The notes beneath the pieces are model-generated. The model did not search any database and was not told the origin of the DNA. It worked only from the letters and a program-made list of their open reading frames with translations. Position numbers and translations under genes: made by a program. Of a DNA stretch of 30,390 nt, positions 1 to 8,090 are shown one piece after another (positions within the stretch are counted from its first letter, which is position 1; the number at the start of each line of letters is the position of its first letter). The stretch is from a virus (Duplodnaviria > Caudoviricetes): IMG/VR virus record IMGVR_UViG_3300025653_000171, positions 1-30,390 of that record; one strand, 5' to 3'.

Positions 1-709
1 CACCCCAGATTTGGGACAAGGAAGAGGTCAACCCTTCCTCGGCGGTGTCGTGATACTCGCCCGCGATGATGACGTTCGGAATCCGGAACACGCGAGCCAG
101 GTCTTCCGCTCCAAGAACCGCGACCTGCGAATACTTGAAGAGATCGACCAACGTGGAGTGGTAGAAGAGAACCTCTGCCACTTCGCGAGTCAGAATCATC
201 GTATTGGCGTCGATCCCCGAAGCATCGCGCAGTGCGGTCCGCTGTGTTTTGATGTCAGTGATCGGCGTTCCGCCTGCGTCCCACTTCGTGGAGGGCGTTG
301 CGCTTCCAACCGACCCATCGTCAACCAGAGCCTTCACTTCCAGCTCGTGGTTATAATGGATCACAGACATGGCGCGACGGATAGCCGCCTGGTCAGCGTC
401 AAACTGGGAGCGGTATTTCTTGCGCTCCGTGTCGTCGATTTTGACGGCATGGCCCTTGTCCTCACAGTTGTAGGTGTCACTCGACAGAGTGATGGAGCTG
501 TGAGTGTAAGGCGTGCCTGGCGCACGCATGATGTTGGTCGGACGGCGAAGCAGGTTCTCTTTCGAGAAGATCGGATACTTGGCCGCCTGCTCACCAGTGC
601 GGAACATCGGAGCCAGCGCATGGCCAGCCCATTGAGTGCCATCATTCCAGTGCTCATACGCAAGCTGCGACAAGACTGGATTGAAGGTTGCGGTAGTGCT
701 TACAGACAT
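1..709 (-). CDS. Major capsid protein (runs off the left edge; 3' end missing)
   Basis: Not in the ORF track because it has no stop in the window. Manual translation from ATG 709: MSVSTTATFNPVLSQLAYEHWNDGTQWAGHALAPMF...RAPGTPY...SDTYNCEDKGH...KWDAGGTPITDI...GIDANTMILTREV. GGAGA lies upstream. Position follows protease and decoration genes, and the motifs are typical of HK97-fold capsids. Confidence 0.85.
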   Translation of the reverse strand, partial: MSVSTTATFNPVLSQLAYEHWNDGTQWAGHALAPMFRTGEQAAKYPIFSKENLLRRPTNIMRAPGTPYTHSSITLSSDTYNCEDKGHAVKIDDTERKKYRSQFDADQAAIRRAMSVIHYNHELEVKALVDDGSVGSATPSTKWDAGGTPITDIKTQRTALRDASGIDANTMILTREVAEVLFYHSTLVDLFKYSQVAVLGAEDLARVFRIPNVIIAGEYHDTAEEGLTSSLSQIWG

Positions 710-740
710 TGTTTATTGTCTCCTTTTCTCAGGTAAATGG

Positions 741-1262
741 TTAGGACGCAGCCATGAGGTCATGCGCAATGAGAACATCGAGGATGTCGTTGATGGCGGA
801 GCGGGCCTCAGCGTCTTGAGTTGCTCCACCGGAAGGATCAGCGATGAAGGTGCTTTCGGCAGCCTTGTGCTCAACGGTGTGCGGGATGGCAAGGAACCGC
901 TGATCGTCAGCCGTGTTCCCCTGGTAGAGCGAGCGGCCAAGGACGATCCCTGAGCCAGCGCTTCCAACGGGCGCCACTTTGCCTCCAGCCGCCGCGATGA
1001 ACTTGCCGCCCTTGGCGATCACGCCATTGGCAACGAATCGAGCGGTGCCAGGCTGGCCCAGCAGGCGGATTCGGACATATTCAGAATCAGCAGAAAGGCG
1101 GCCCTCATAGGTGCCGATTGCATTTGCTGCGGTGGCCAGAATCTTGCAGGTGTCCTCGGCGGTGCCGAGCTCCACAAGGTAGCCTTCCTTTCCGCTGAGT
1201 TGGCCCGCGGTCTCCTCCTTGAGAGTGATATAGGGGCCTTCAGTTACTCCAGTAGTGTTCAT
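741..1262 (-). CDS. Capsid decoration/cement protein (DUF2190-like) with C-terminal head-fibre-like motif
   Basis: 173 aa, Gly/Ala-rich, between protease and capsid genes. The C-terminus IADPSGGATQDAEARSAINDILDVLIAHDLMA resembles a common trimeric head-fibre tip motif. Confidence 0.65.
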   Translation of the reverse strand: MNTTGVTEGPYITLKEETAGQLSGKEGYLVELGTAEDTCKILATAANAIGTYEGRLSADSEYVRIRLLGQPGTARFVANGVIAKGGKFIAAAGGKVAPVGSAGSGIVLGRSLYQGNTADDQRFLAIPHTVEHKAAESTFIADPSGGATQDAEARSAINDILDVLIAHDLMAAS

Positions 1263-1291
1263 GGTAGTCTAAAGTCGTTGTTGTTTGTCGG

Positions 1292-2419
1292 TTAGTTTTT
1301 GGACGACCGATGAGCCTGGAGAATGGCCTGGGTCGCTTCGATTTGAAGCGCTGCGCCTTCCTGACCGAGCCCCATTTGGGTGTGATAGTCCTGGTAAGAT
1401 TGGGTTCCCATCTGGCGGATGGCATCGCCCACATTTTTGGCCTTGCCTGCCTGCACGAGATCGCGAGCACGTTCGAGCAGCGATTTGTCGCTATCGTCGA
1501 TATCCTCTGCGGGGCCGGCCTTGGCCGCCTTCACGACGGGCTTTTCCAAGTCAGAGGCAGGAATGCGATTCATGATCGCCTTGGCCGTCTCGGGGCTGGA
1601 TAGGAACTGCTCGCGCATCGAGGCCTTGAAATCCTCATCCTTCGGCTTGATGCGCCCGGCCTTTACGTGCTCCTCGATGAAAGCATCAGCTTGAGCTTCC
1701 TTCATGGCTTGCACTTGCGCCAGGGCGTCTTCTTTCTCCTTCTTAGCGGTTACGAGGGCCGCTTGAAGGTCCTTGTCTTGCTCTTTGGAACGGGAGGCGG
1801 TGATATGCTCGGCAATCATCGCCGCGGCCTTCTCAGGATCCTTGGCTTGCTCTGCGGTAATCACCCCCAGCTCCACGAACTTGGTTAGGTCCATTGGTTT
1901 CTGTGTTGGTGGTTGCTTGGGTTCTTTCGCAGCCCTCTTGGCGGCGATAGATTCGATGCTCTCGAAGGCCGGATCGCTCACCAGCCCGCCGATTGCTTTG
2001 CTTGATGGGTGTAGCCCTAACGGTTTACCCTCCGGGGAGAGGAGAAACTCAGGGGAGAAAAATTGAAGCTCTTTGTCTTGGATCGATTGCTTGGCCGCCG
2101 TGGTCCATTCGGACTCACAGATGAGCCCTCGCTCTTCATCCCAAAGGAAACGTTTAGGATGGCCCGCCGCTCGGCCTCCCTCATGCAGGTAATCGAAGAA
2201 CGGGGGAACGTTTTGCGCTTGAAGGGCCTCGAGGTCCGCCTGGAAGACCTTCTCGATGCCGGCTTCCACAACCACCTCACGAGTGGCGGTCTGACCGTTC
2301 ACTTTGGCCGTGATCGTGTGCCGCCCTTTGGGAAGATACTGGATCAGCCTTTTCGGCTCTTTGGAGTCGGACGCAATGAGTGCCGTCGCAAATCCAGCCT
2401 GAATGAGATCGCCCTGCAT
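1292..2419 (-). CDS. Mu gpI-like prohead protease with C-terminal scaffold
   Basis: Motifs FFDYLHEGGRAAGH and EWTTAAKQSIQDKELQFFSPEF match Mu-type protease I, followed by a helical acidic C-terminal half. Likely start is ATG 2419 (GGGAG upstream) rather than TTG 2467. Confidence 0.85.
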   Translation of the reverse strand: MQGDLIQAGFATALIASDSKEPKRLIQYLPKGRHTITAKVNGQTATREVVVEAGIEKVFQADLEALQAQNVPPFFDYLHEGGRAAGHPKRFLWDEERGLICESEWTTAAKQSIQDKELQFFSPEFLLSPEGKPLGLHPSSKAIGGLVSDPAFESIESIAAKRAAKEPKQPPTQKPMDLTKFVELGVITAEQAKDPEKAAAMIAEHITASRSKEQDKDLQAALVTAKKEKEDALAQVQAMKEAQADAFIEEHVKAGRIKPKDEDFKASMREQFLSSPETAKAIMNRIPASDLEKPVVKAAKAGPAEDIDDSDKSLLERARDLVQAGKAKNVGDAIRQMGTQSYQDYHTQMGLGQEGAALQIEATQAILQAHRSSKN

Positions 2420-2461
2420 GGTATCTCCCACCAAGGACTGAAAACAACCCTGCGGAAAGGC

Positions 2462-2490
2462 TGGCAAATGGGCGTTGCTCGGCCTACCAT
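2462..2490 (+). promoter_or_regulatory. Sigma70-like promoter for a probably leaderless moron mRNA
   Basis: TGGCAA-17 nt-TACCAT, then 7 nt to ATG 2498, with no Shine-Dalgarno. Confidence 0.5.
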
Positions 2491-2497
2491 CTCAAGA

Positions 2498-2974
2498 ATG
2501 AGCGACTCTCAGTATTCAGGAGCCCGAATCAAATTTCGCTGCGGTGAGAAGGATTATGATATCAAGGTTAAGGAAGAAGACGCTTCCATATCCATTGACC
2601 AAGAAGTCTGCTACAAGGATGAGGATGGCATTTATTATTCACTGACAAGGGACAACGATGGCAACGATGCTCTCCGGTATTGTGCCGTGCCTGACGCAAT
2701 AGTAGAGCTAAGGTTGAAGGCAAAGATTGAAGATCCTCGCTCACTTCTTCTGAGGGCCCCCGAGACAGTGGATGTCACTATCGAACTGGCAGGGTCGGAA
2801 ATCTTGGGCCATTTAAAATCGGTCTGTTCAGATGGCCATATCGAGGTTGTTGCCCACACTCCCACTAAAATCCGAGCGTTTGAGCTGCCTGCTGGTTGGA
2901 GGCGCCCCAAAGACTGGACCCCCCAGATGCTGATGCCATTGCCATCTGAGTGTGGGGAGTGGGCGACGGGCTAA
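2498..2974 (+). CDS. Moron-like hypothetical protein (158 aa), antisense to the head operon
   Basis: MSDSQYSGARIKFRCGEKDY... fills the gap between gpG and protease, is visibly more AT-rich and has its own promoter. The upstream part of the 303-aa track ORF overlaps the protease gene. Confidence 0.7.
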   Translation: MSDSQYSGARIKFRCGEKDYDIKVKEEDASISIDQEVCYKDEDGIYYSLTRDNDGNDALRYCAVPDAIVELRLKAKIEDPRSLLLRAPETVDVTIELAGSEILGHLKSVCSDGHIEVVAHTPTKIRAFELPAGWRRPKDWTPQMLMPLPSECGEWATG

Positions 2975-2978
2975 CGAG

Positions 2979-3024
2979 CAAGTTCAGAGTTGACCGACAA
3001 AATCGGAGCTCAACTCTGAACTTG
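2979..3024. repeat. Perfect 15-bp inverted repeat (possible bidirectional terminator or processing hairpin)
   Basis: CAAGTTCAGAGTTGA (2979-2993) / TCAACTCTGAACTTG (3010-3024), with inner CCGA-caaaa-TCGG, between convergent genes. Confidence 0.8.
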
Positions 3025-3113
3025 ACGATTCGGTGGCAGGACATTCGCGAATGTCTCAGTTTTCGGTCCCGTAAACAGTTTACCAGAGCCAAATCGTTTA
3101 ACGTCAACGGACG

Positions 3114-3716
3114 TCAGAGAGCCCCTTCCAGCTCCCGAGCCATCGCCTTGATGAAAGGCTCAAGGAAGACGTCATCCACCGGGAGAGCCCCTGGCCATTT
3201 TGGATGTGTCACCGAGCGCTTCAGCGCGTAGGCGGTCTTCGCCGGCGTGCCCTTCCGCTCGACGAACATCAGCACGTCTTTCCCGCGTGGCCGAAAGAGG
3301 CGGAATCCCGTGACTCGCTCGAACTGCTTCGTTGTGCGGCCATGCGCTCGGGGATCGATGGGAATCGTCAGCCATGGATTGCCTCGTATCGTGCCTCCCT
3401 CCACCTTGTGGCGGAAGTGAGGGTGAGCGTTGACGATGATGGCTTTGTCGGATGAGATCGGACCGCGAGCCCATGCCCGAGTGACATCCCTCGGCCATTG
3501 CGTGCGGGTTCGGCCTGCTCCCCAGGTGGGCAGAGCGTGGTTGAACCATCCTCCCGCCGAATCAAACTGGCGGTGATAGTCTTGGACCCCCTCAACGGCA
3601 GCCTGGGCGCCGACCGCGTTCAGGTCCCGCCTCTCCTCCGGGCCTAGCAGGTTAAGCAGTCGCTGGAGGCCTGGGGTGGCGTAGTCTTCAAGATGGAATG
3701 TGACACCGACGCTCAC
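3114..3716 (-). CDS. Mu gpG-like virion morphogenesis protein
   Basis: 200 aa basic protein with HKVEGGTIR, WLTIP and YALKRSVTHP motifs. GTGA overlap with the portal stop. Confidence 0.65.
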   Translation of the reverse strand: MSVGVTFHLEDYATPGLQRLLNLLGPEERRDLNAVGAQAAVEGVQDYHRQFDSAGGWFNHALPTWGAGRTRTQWPRDVTRAWARGPISSDKAIIVNAHPHFRHKVEGGTIRGNPWLTIPIDPRAHGRTTKQFERVTGFRLFRPRGKDVLMFVERKGTPAKTAYALKRSVTHPKWPGALPVDDVFLEPFIKAMARELEGAL

Positions 3717-5497
3717 TTGGCTGGCAAATCGAGGGCCTTCTGTCCCGCGCCTGCCAACATTGCGGTTCCCACCGCTCGAACCATCGCCTCCTCCAGTGCG
3801 CCGGTGTTGAGCTCAAGGTCAGGGATCGTGGCCGCAGCCTCAACCAGCACTCGCTCAAACTCTGCCGGCGTGGCTTTACCTTCCAAGGCCATCGTGACAA
3901 GCGGACGAAAGAAATCAGCGGCAGGTTCGAGCCATTCCTGTGCGACATTGGGAACCATGGCCGCGACATTCTCTTGAAGGGCCTCCAGTGTCGCCGTGTT
4001 GAGCGTGGCCGCCGCTTTGACATGATCGCCCTGCCTGGCCCTCTGCGCAGTTGTCTCACCTCCTCGGGGCTCCTCCTCGCCTTCTAAATTGAATGGAGCC
4101 CGACCCGACTCCGGGCCGGGTTGCGGCTGAGTTCCTGGCGTGACCCCATCTGCATCGCCTGGGTCGGGCTCCGGATTCACCAGCGATGGGGAAGATGATG
4201 GGGTGAAAAGCTCCTCGCCGTCTTCTGGCATCCTCACGCCATGACGATCATAGATATCCTTGATCGCGACGGGTAGACGCATGGATCCCGAGAAAAGCTT
4301 CTCGTCTCGCTCCACCTTTTTCAGCGCATCCTCATCGTCGGGCCAGTCCGGTTGGATGTAGGGCAGCTCTTCTGCGTCTGGATAGTTTGCCCGGATAACC
4401 GCGGGAACCAGTTGGAAATTGAGGATCTCAGCAGCAAAGGCCACCGCGGACTCAATTCGACTGCGGCGAATAGACTCGTGCACATCGCCGAGTGCACGGC
4501 TGCCGGAGTCTCCAACGTCACTGGTCAGCGTCTGGCCAAGGATGAACTTCGCGACGGCATTGTTTGCCATCGTGATGAGTTCCTTCTGTGGCAGAGATTG
4601 AGCCCCGGATGGAATCGGTGTGATGTCAATCTTCGTGCCATCGGGGCCGGACGCCCATCCGGCGGTGCCGATGTTCTGGAGTGCATTGTTCAGCGCAATC
4701 CTCGCTTGGTCATCGCCTTCGCGGTAGGTGCCGAATCGGAAGGGAACACCGAAGACCTGGCCATATTGAAGGAACCACTTCAGCCCATAGACGGCAGCGA
4801 TCCAGTAGGGAACAAGCGCACGGAGAGGAGCCGTCTGAAGAGTGCCGCCGCGGTGCCACCGTTTCTCGCCCACCAGGAACTTGTTGGGGTCGAATTGAAC
4901 CAGCTTGTCGGCCATTCTTCCATTCGGAGAAAACAACACCTGATCAATCTCGCTCCCATGGCGAGGATAGCGGTAGAAGATCGGCGAGAGCTCCTCGGTG
5001 TCAGTTGGCAGCCAAAGCCCATCAAAGACACCCCAGTGAATTTCTCTGATTGTCAGCCCATAGAAATACCCCATCGCCAGCTCTCGCACCGTGCCATGCC
5101 ATCCCATCCGCCGAGTGTTGGCCATAGGCCGCATCGATCGCTTGAGCTTCTGGATGATCGACGCTTTATCCTCAGCAGTAGGAGTAGGCTCTTCCCCCTC
5201 CTCTGCGAATGGTTGCACTGCCAATGGTGCCCGTGCGGCCTCATCGCAGACCTGATTAAGGGCCTGGCCAAGATCCGGCCAGGTGCCCACCATGATATTG
5301 AAGAGATTGTCCTGCTCGAGGGGATCGCCGTTGATGGCGCCCTTGAGGATCCGAGCGACTTCATCAGGCTTGAGGATCTGCTCAAAACGTTGCCAAACAC
5401 GATCATTCGCCAACGGCATGACGACGTTGGAGTTCAAACCGAAAGACCGCGAAGGTGTTCTCCTTACGGCCCTTGATCGTGTTGTGCGGATTCCCAT
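3713..5497 (-). CDS. Portal protein (Mu gp29/DUF935-like)
   Basis: 594 aa with FGVPFRFGTY, KFILGQTLTSDVGDSGSRALGDVHESIR and QLVPAVIRANY, which are DUF935-type motifs. Confidence 0.92.
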   Translation of the reverse strand: MGIRTTRSRAVRRTPSRSFGLNSNVVMPLANDRVWQRFEQILKPDEVARILKGAINGDPLEQDNLFNIMVGTWPDLGQALNQVCDEAARAPLAVQPFAEEGEEPTPTAEDKASIIQKLKRSMRPMANTRRMGWHGTVRELAMGYFYGLTIREIHWGVFDGLWLPTDTEELSPIFYRYPRHGSEIDQVLFSPNGRMADKLVQFDPNKFLVGEKRWHRGGTLQTAPLRALVPYWIAAVYGLKWFLQYGQVFGVPFRFGTYREGDDQARIALNNALQNIGTAGWASGPDGTKIDITPIPSGAQSLPQKELITMANNAVAKFILGQTLTSDVGDSGSRALGDVHESIRRSRIESAVAFAAEILNFQLVPAVIRANYPDAEELPYIQPDWPDDEDALKKVERDEKLFSGSMRLPVAIKDIYDRHGVRMPEDGEELFTPSSSPSLVNPEPDPGDADGVTPGTQPQPGPESGRAPFNLEGEEEPRGGETTAQRARQGDHVKAAATLNTATLEALQENVAAMVPNVAQEWLEPAADFFRPLVTMALEGKATPAEFERVLVEAAATIPDLELNTGALEEAMVRAVGTAMLAGAGQKALDLPAK

Positions 5498-5499
5498 GG

Positions 5500-5829
5500 C
5501 TAACTGCCGCTCGCTTTCTTCGCTGCGGGTTTATTCGGCGGCCCGTCTGAGACTCCCTTGGGCTCATCCCCCTTCTTGTCCGATTTTAGAGGGATGACTT
5601 CGGGGCCTTTCTTCTTGGACTCTTCGGCCTGCTTCTTGGCCTCCTCTTTCTTCAAGACCTGCTCGGTGATGTGCTCCTCTTGGAGCTCAATCTCATACCT
5701 CCGCAGCTGGTCCTTAATCTGCGCAACATCCTCCACGATGTCATAGTGATGCTTTTTGAGGTGGCGCGAAAGTGCCGCGTGAATGATGTGGATCTGATTC
5801 GGAGTGAGTTTGATTTCTGGTTGCTTCAT
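5500..5829 (-). CDS. Hypothetical protein with Lys-rich C-terminal tail
   Basis: 109-aa ORF that tiles the operon between the fibre cassette and portal. Confidence 0.7.
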   Translation of the reverse strand: MKQPEIKLTPNQIHIIHAALSRHLKKHHYDIVEDVAQIKDQLRRYEIELQEEHITEQVLKKEEAKKQAEESKKKGPEVIPLKSDKKGDEPKGVSDGPPNKPAAKKASGS

Positions 5830-5850
5830 TTTGATGGGGTGGGGAAATAA

Positions 5851-6240
5851 TCAAGGAGCGGCATCGGCCCACTCCTGCGCCAGATCATCGGCGAGAGTGA
5901 CGCTGGAAAGATCCGGAGCAAACGTCGCCGCATACGCTGGCACCTTCTCCCATGGATCAAACGTGACCGCGCCAGAGCCTTCCAAGGCCTGCACCTGAGC
6001 GGCGTGGCGAGTGAATAACAGAGCCGCTGATGCCGGATCGACATTGAGAAGCGCTTCCACTTCGGCCTTGTCTCGTGGGTTCTCTGGAGTTCCCCAGACC
6101 TTTCGGAATGCTTCGCTCAGTGAATGCTCCAGATTGACGAGAACGTTATCTGAGGCGCTCACTAGAGCTTCCATTTCAAGCTCCACCGAAGTCTTTTCGG
6201 GCGGGACTTCCTCTTGCGTGATTTTGTTTAGTGTTGGCAT
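5851..6240 (-). CDS. Small acidic partner of fibre B (putative chaperone); paralog of 7706-8089
   Basis: 129 aa. Shares WGTPxN..D, RHAA and the C-terminal L...W pattern with 7706-8089. Confidence 0.75.
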   Translation of the reverse strand: MPTLNKITQEEVPPEKTSVELEMEALVSASDNVLVNLEHSLSEAFRKVWGTPENPRDKAEVEALLNVDPASAALLFTRHAAQVQALEGSGAVTFDPWEKVPAYAATFAPDLSSVTLADDLAQEWADAAP

Positions 6241-6245
6241 GAGTG

Positions 6246-7682
6246 TTACGCACTAGTGACGGTTTCCCAAGCAGATCCGGTGTAAACCGCCAATTTGCTC
6301 AAAGTGGAGTCGTAAACCACCATCCCCGCCGTCGGTGACGCGATTGCGTTTTTCTGCGTGGTGGTCATGCGCGGAGGCATGAAAGCTTTCGTTGTAGACG
6401 TTAGGTCTAGGAGGGCGTTAGCGTTCGGCGCGCTCGTGCCAAAGCCCGCGTTGCCGCTGGAGTCGATAGTAAACGCCGTGGTGTCCCCCATTACGATTTC
6501 TAATGGGCTCGCGGTTGACCCGCCGGGAGTCGTCCATGAGTAAATCCGATTTTTCCCACTCTCAGCCCCAACCACCAGCGCTGAAGCCGTGGCGCCTGTT
6601 CGGCTAAAGGCCGCGTAAACGTTGTCAGCATCACTGACATGTAATTTTCGACTCGGTGCCGAAGTGCCAATACCCAAATTCCCGCCCAAAGGATTCAACA
6701 CCAACGGCAACGCGCTCGTTCCATCACCTGCTTGAATGCCTTGGGCGTTGTTCGCGCTGTTGGCATAGCCAAGATACAGCCCATAAGGCGTAGCGTTGTT
6801 GCTTCCCAGGATCTTGACTACTGCGTCAGTGCTCGCATCTGAAACGCTGGACCACGTGTTGGTGGCTTCGTCATGCTTTACGGTGAGCTTGTTAGGTGGC
6901 GCGACGCCATAGCCAACTGACACATTGCTATTTGCGCTAATTCTCAACAACTCATCCGAGGCAGTAGCTGCGGAAGCGGTTGAATCAGGGTCTACGCAAA
7001 AAATTAAATCCCCTAATCCATTAGAGCCAGTCTCTATATGGGCGATAAATGATTTATATGACGTGTAGTCCGTTCCGGCTGCGGTAGAAAATTTAATGCC
7101 CGCTAGATCCCCCGTGGTGGAGCGGTTGTCGCGAATAGCTAAAAACGTCCCCCCTGATCCCCCCCACAGATCGAGCGGGTTTTCGGGTCCAGTGGTGCCC
7201 CCTGTCCCGATGCCGATGTTGCCGCTGCTTAGAATGGACAAATGATTGTTCGCCCCATAGCCAAGATTGAGCGTCGTGCTCGCCTCATCCCAGCGGATCC
7301 TGCCAACGGTCGTTCCGTTGTTATTGTCGAAAAGGATGTCGGCGGTCGCGGCGGCGCTGTTGGCGTCGGTGTCAGCCTTGAGAGTGAGGGATGCGTTGCC
7401 GGTGTTGTTCAGCGAGAAGGCGCCGTATCCAACAAGGGCCGTATCGCTGGATGTGCCTAAAGTGGTCGTTGTGCCGGATCGCTGAAGAACGACGCTCCCT
7501 CCAATCCTGACGTATCCGTTGATATCGACGCCAAACTTCTCGGAGGTTCCGATATCGAGACGCTGGAGGAGGCTCCCGGCAGCACTGGCGGTATCCGTGA
7601 CGTCCAGATAGATTCCCTGGTAGGTCGTCCCTGAGTCCGTCCAGGTGTCCGTCAATGCGTCGAGCTTAACCGGCGTGGGCAT
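6246..7682 (-). CDS. Fibre/adhesin-like protein B
   Basis: 478 aa, G/T/S/A-rich, with repeated GNxGIGT..P...L fibre motifs. C-terminal ALLDLTSTTKAFMPPRMTTTQKNAIASPTAGMVVY module. N-terminal 75 aa are shared with 8091-9506. Confidence 0.8.
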   Translation of the reverse strand: MPTPVKLDALTDTWTDSGTTYQGIYLDVTDTASAAGSLLQRLDIGTSEKFGVDINGYVRIGGSVVLQRSGTTTTLGTSSDTALVGYGAFSLNNTGNASLTLKADTDANSAAATADILFDNNNGTTVGRIRWDEASTTLNLGYGANNHLSILSSGNIGIGTGGTTGPENPLDLWGGSGGTFLAIRDNRSTTGDLAGIKFSTAAGTDYTSYKSFIAHIETGSNGLGDLIFCVDPDSTASAATASDELLRISANSNVSVGYGVAPPNKLTVKHDEATNTWSSVSDASTDAVVKILGSNNATPYGLYLGYANSANNAQGIQAGDGTSALPLVLNPLGGNLGIGTSAPSRKLHVSDADNVYAAFSRTGATASALVVGAESGKNRIYSWTTPGGSTASPLEIVMGDTTAFTIDSSGNAGFGTSAPNANALLDLTSTTKAFMPPRMTTTQKNAIASPTAGMVVYDSTLSKLAVYTGSAWETVTSA

Positions 7683-7705
7683 GGCAAATTAAATGGAGTG
7701 CGTTA

Positions 7706-8089
7706 TCACTGGGATTCAGTTTCCCACGCGGCGTTCAAGGTTTCACCAACGGTAATAGTGGAGCCGTCCACGGCGACTTCGTAAGGCGTTGCCAATTGCC
7801 AGTCTGCCACATCCTCAACCATTTGGTTGGTTAGCAGGTATTGCATCGCCGCCGCGTGGCGAGAGGAAAGCGCTAACCAATTGTCAGCCCCAAGCGCTTC
7901 GAGTTTGGCCACGAGCGCGTCACGGTCCTCGACGTTGCCAGGTGTTCCCCAGAACGCGGTGAAGCCCGAGAGGATTGCGGACACGTAACGTTGCGTTGCT
8001 AACGCCTCATCGTTGAGTGCGCGTTGCGCGGCATCTTGCGCCTCGGTGCGCGTTTGCGCTTGCGGGTCGAATACGGTTTTCGCTTTCAT
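7706..8089 (-). CDS. Small acidic partner of fibre A (putative chaperone); paralog of 5851-6240
   Basis: 127 aa, starts 1 nt after the fibre A stop. Contains FWGTPGNVED and SRHAA. Confidence 0.75.
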   Translation of the reverse strand: MKAKTVFDPQAQTRTEAQDAAQRALNDEALATQRYVSAILSGFTAFWGTPGNVEDRDALVAKLEALGADNWLALSSRHAAAMQYLLTNQMVEDVADWQLATPYEVAVDGSTITVGETLNAAWETESQ

Positions 8090-8090
8090 T

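Noticed and set aside
11-736. 241-aa plus-strand ORF
   Set aside because: Antisense shadow of the major capsid gene, which the ORF track missed because it runs off the window edge.
2063-2497. N-terminal 145 aa of the 303-aa plus-strand ORF
   Set aside because: Overlaps the protease gene in antisense. A promoter and composition shift point to ATG 2498 as the real start.
4352-5476. 374-aa plus-strand ORF
   Set aside because: Codon-aligned antisense shadow of the portal gene with no recognisable motifs.
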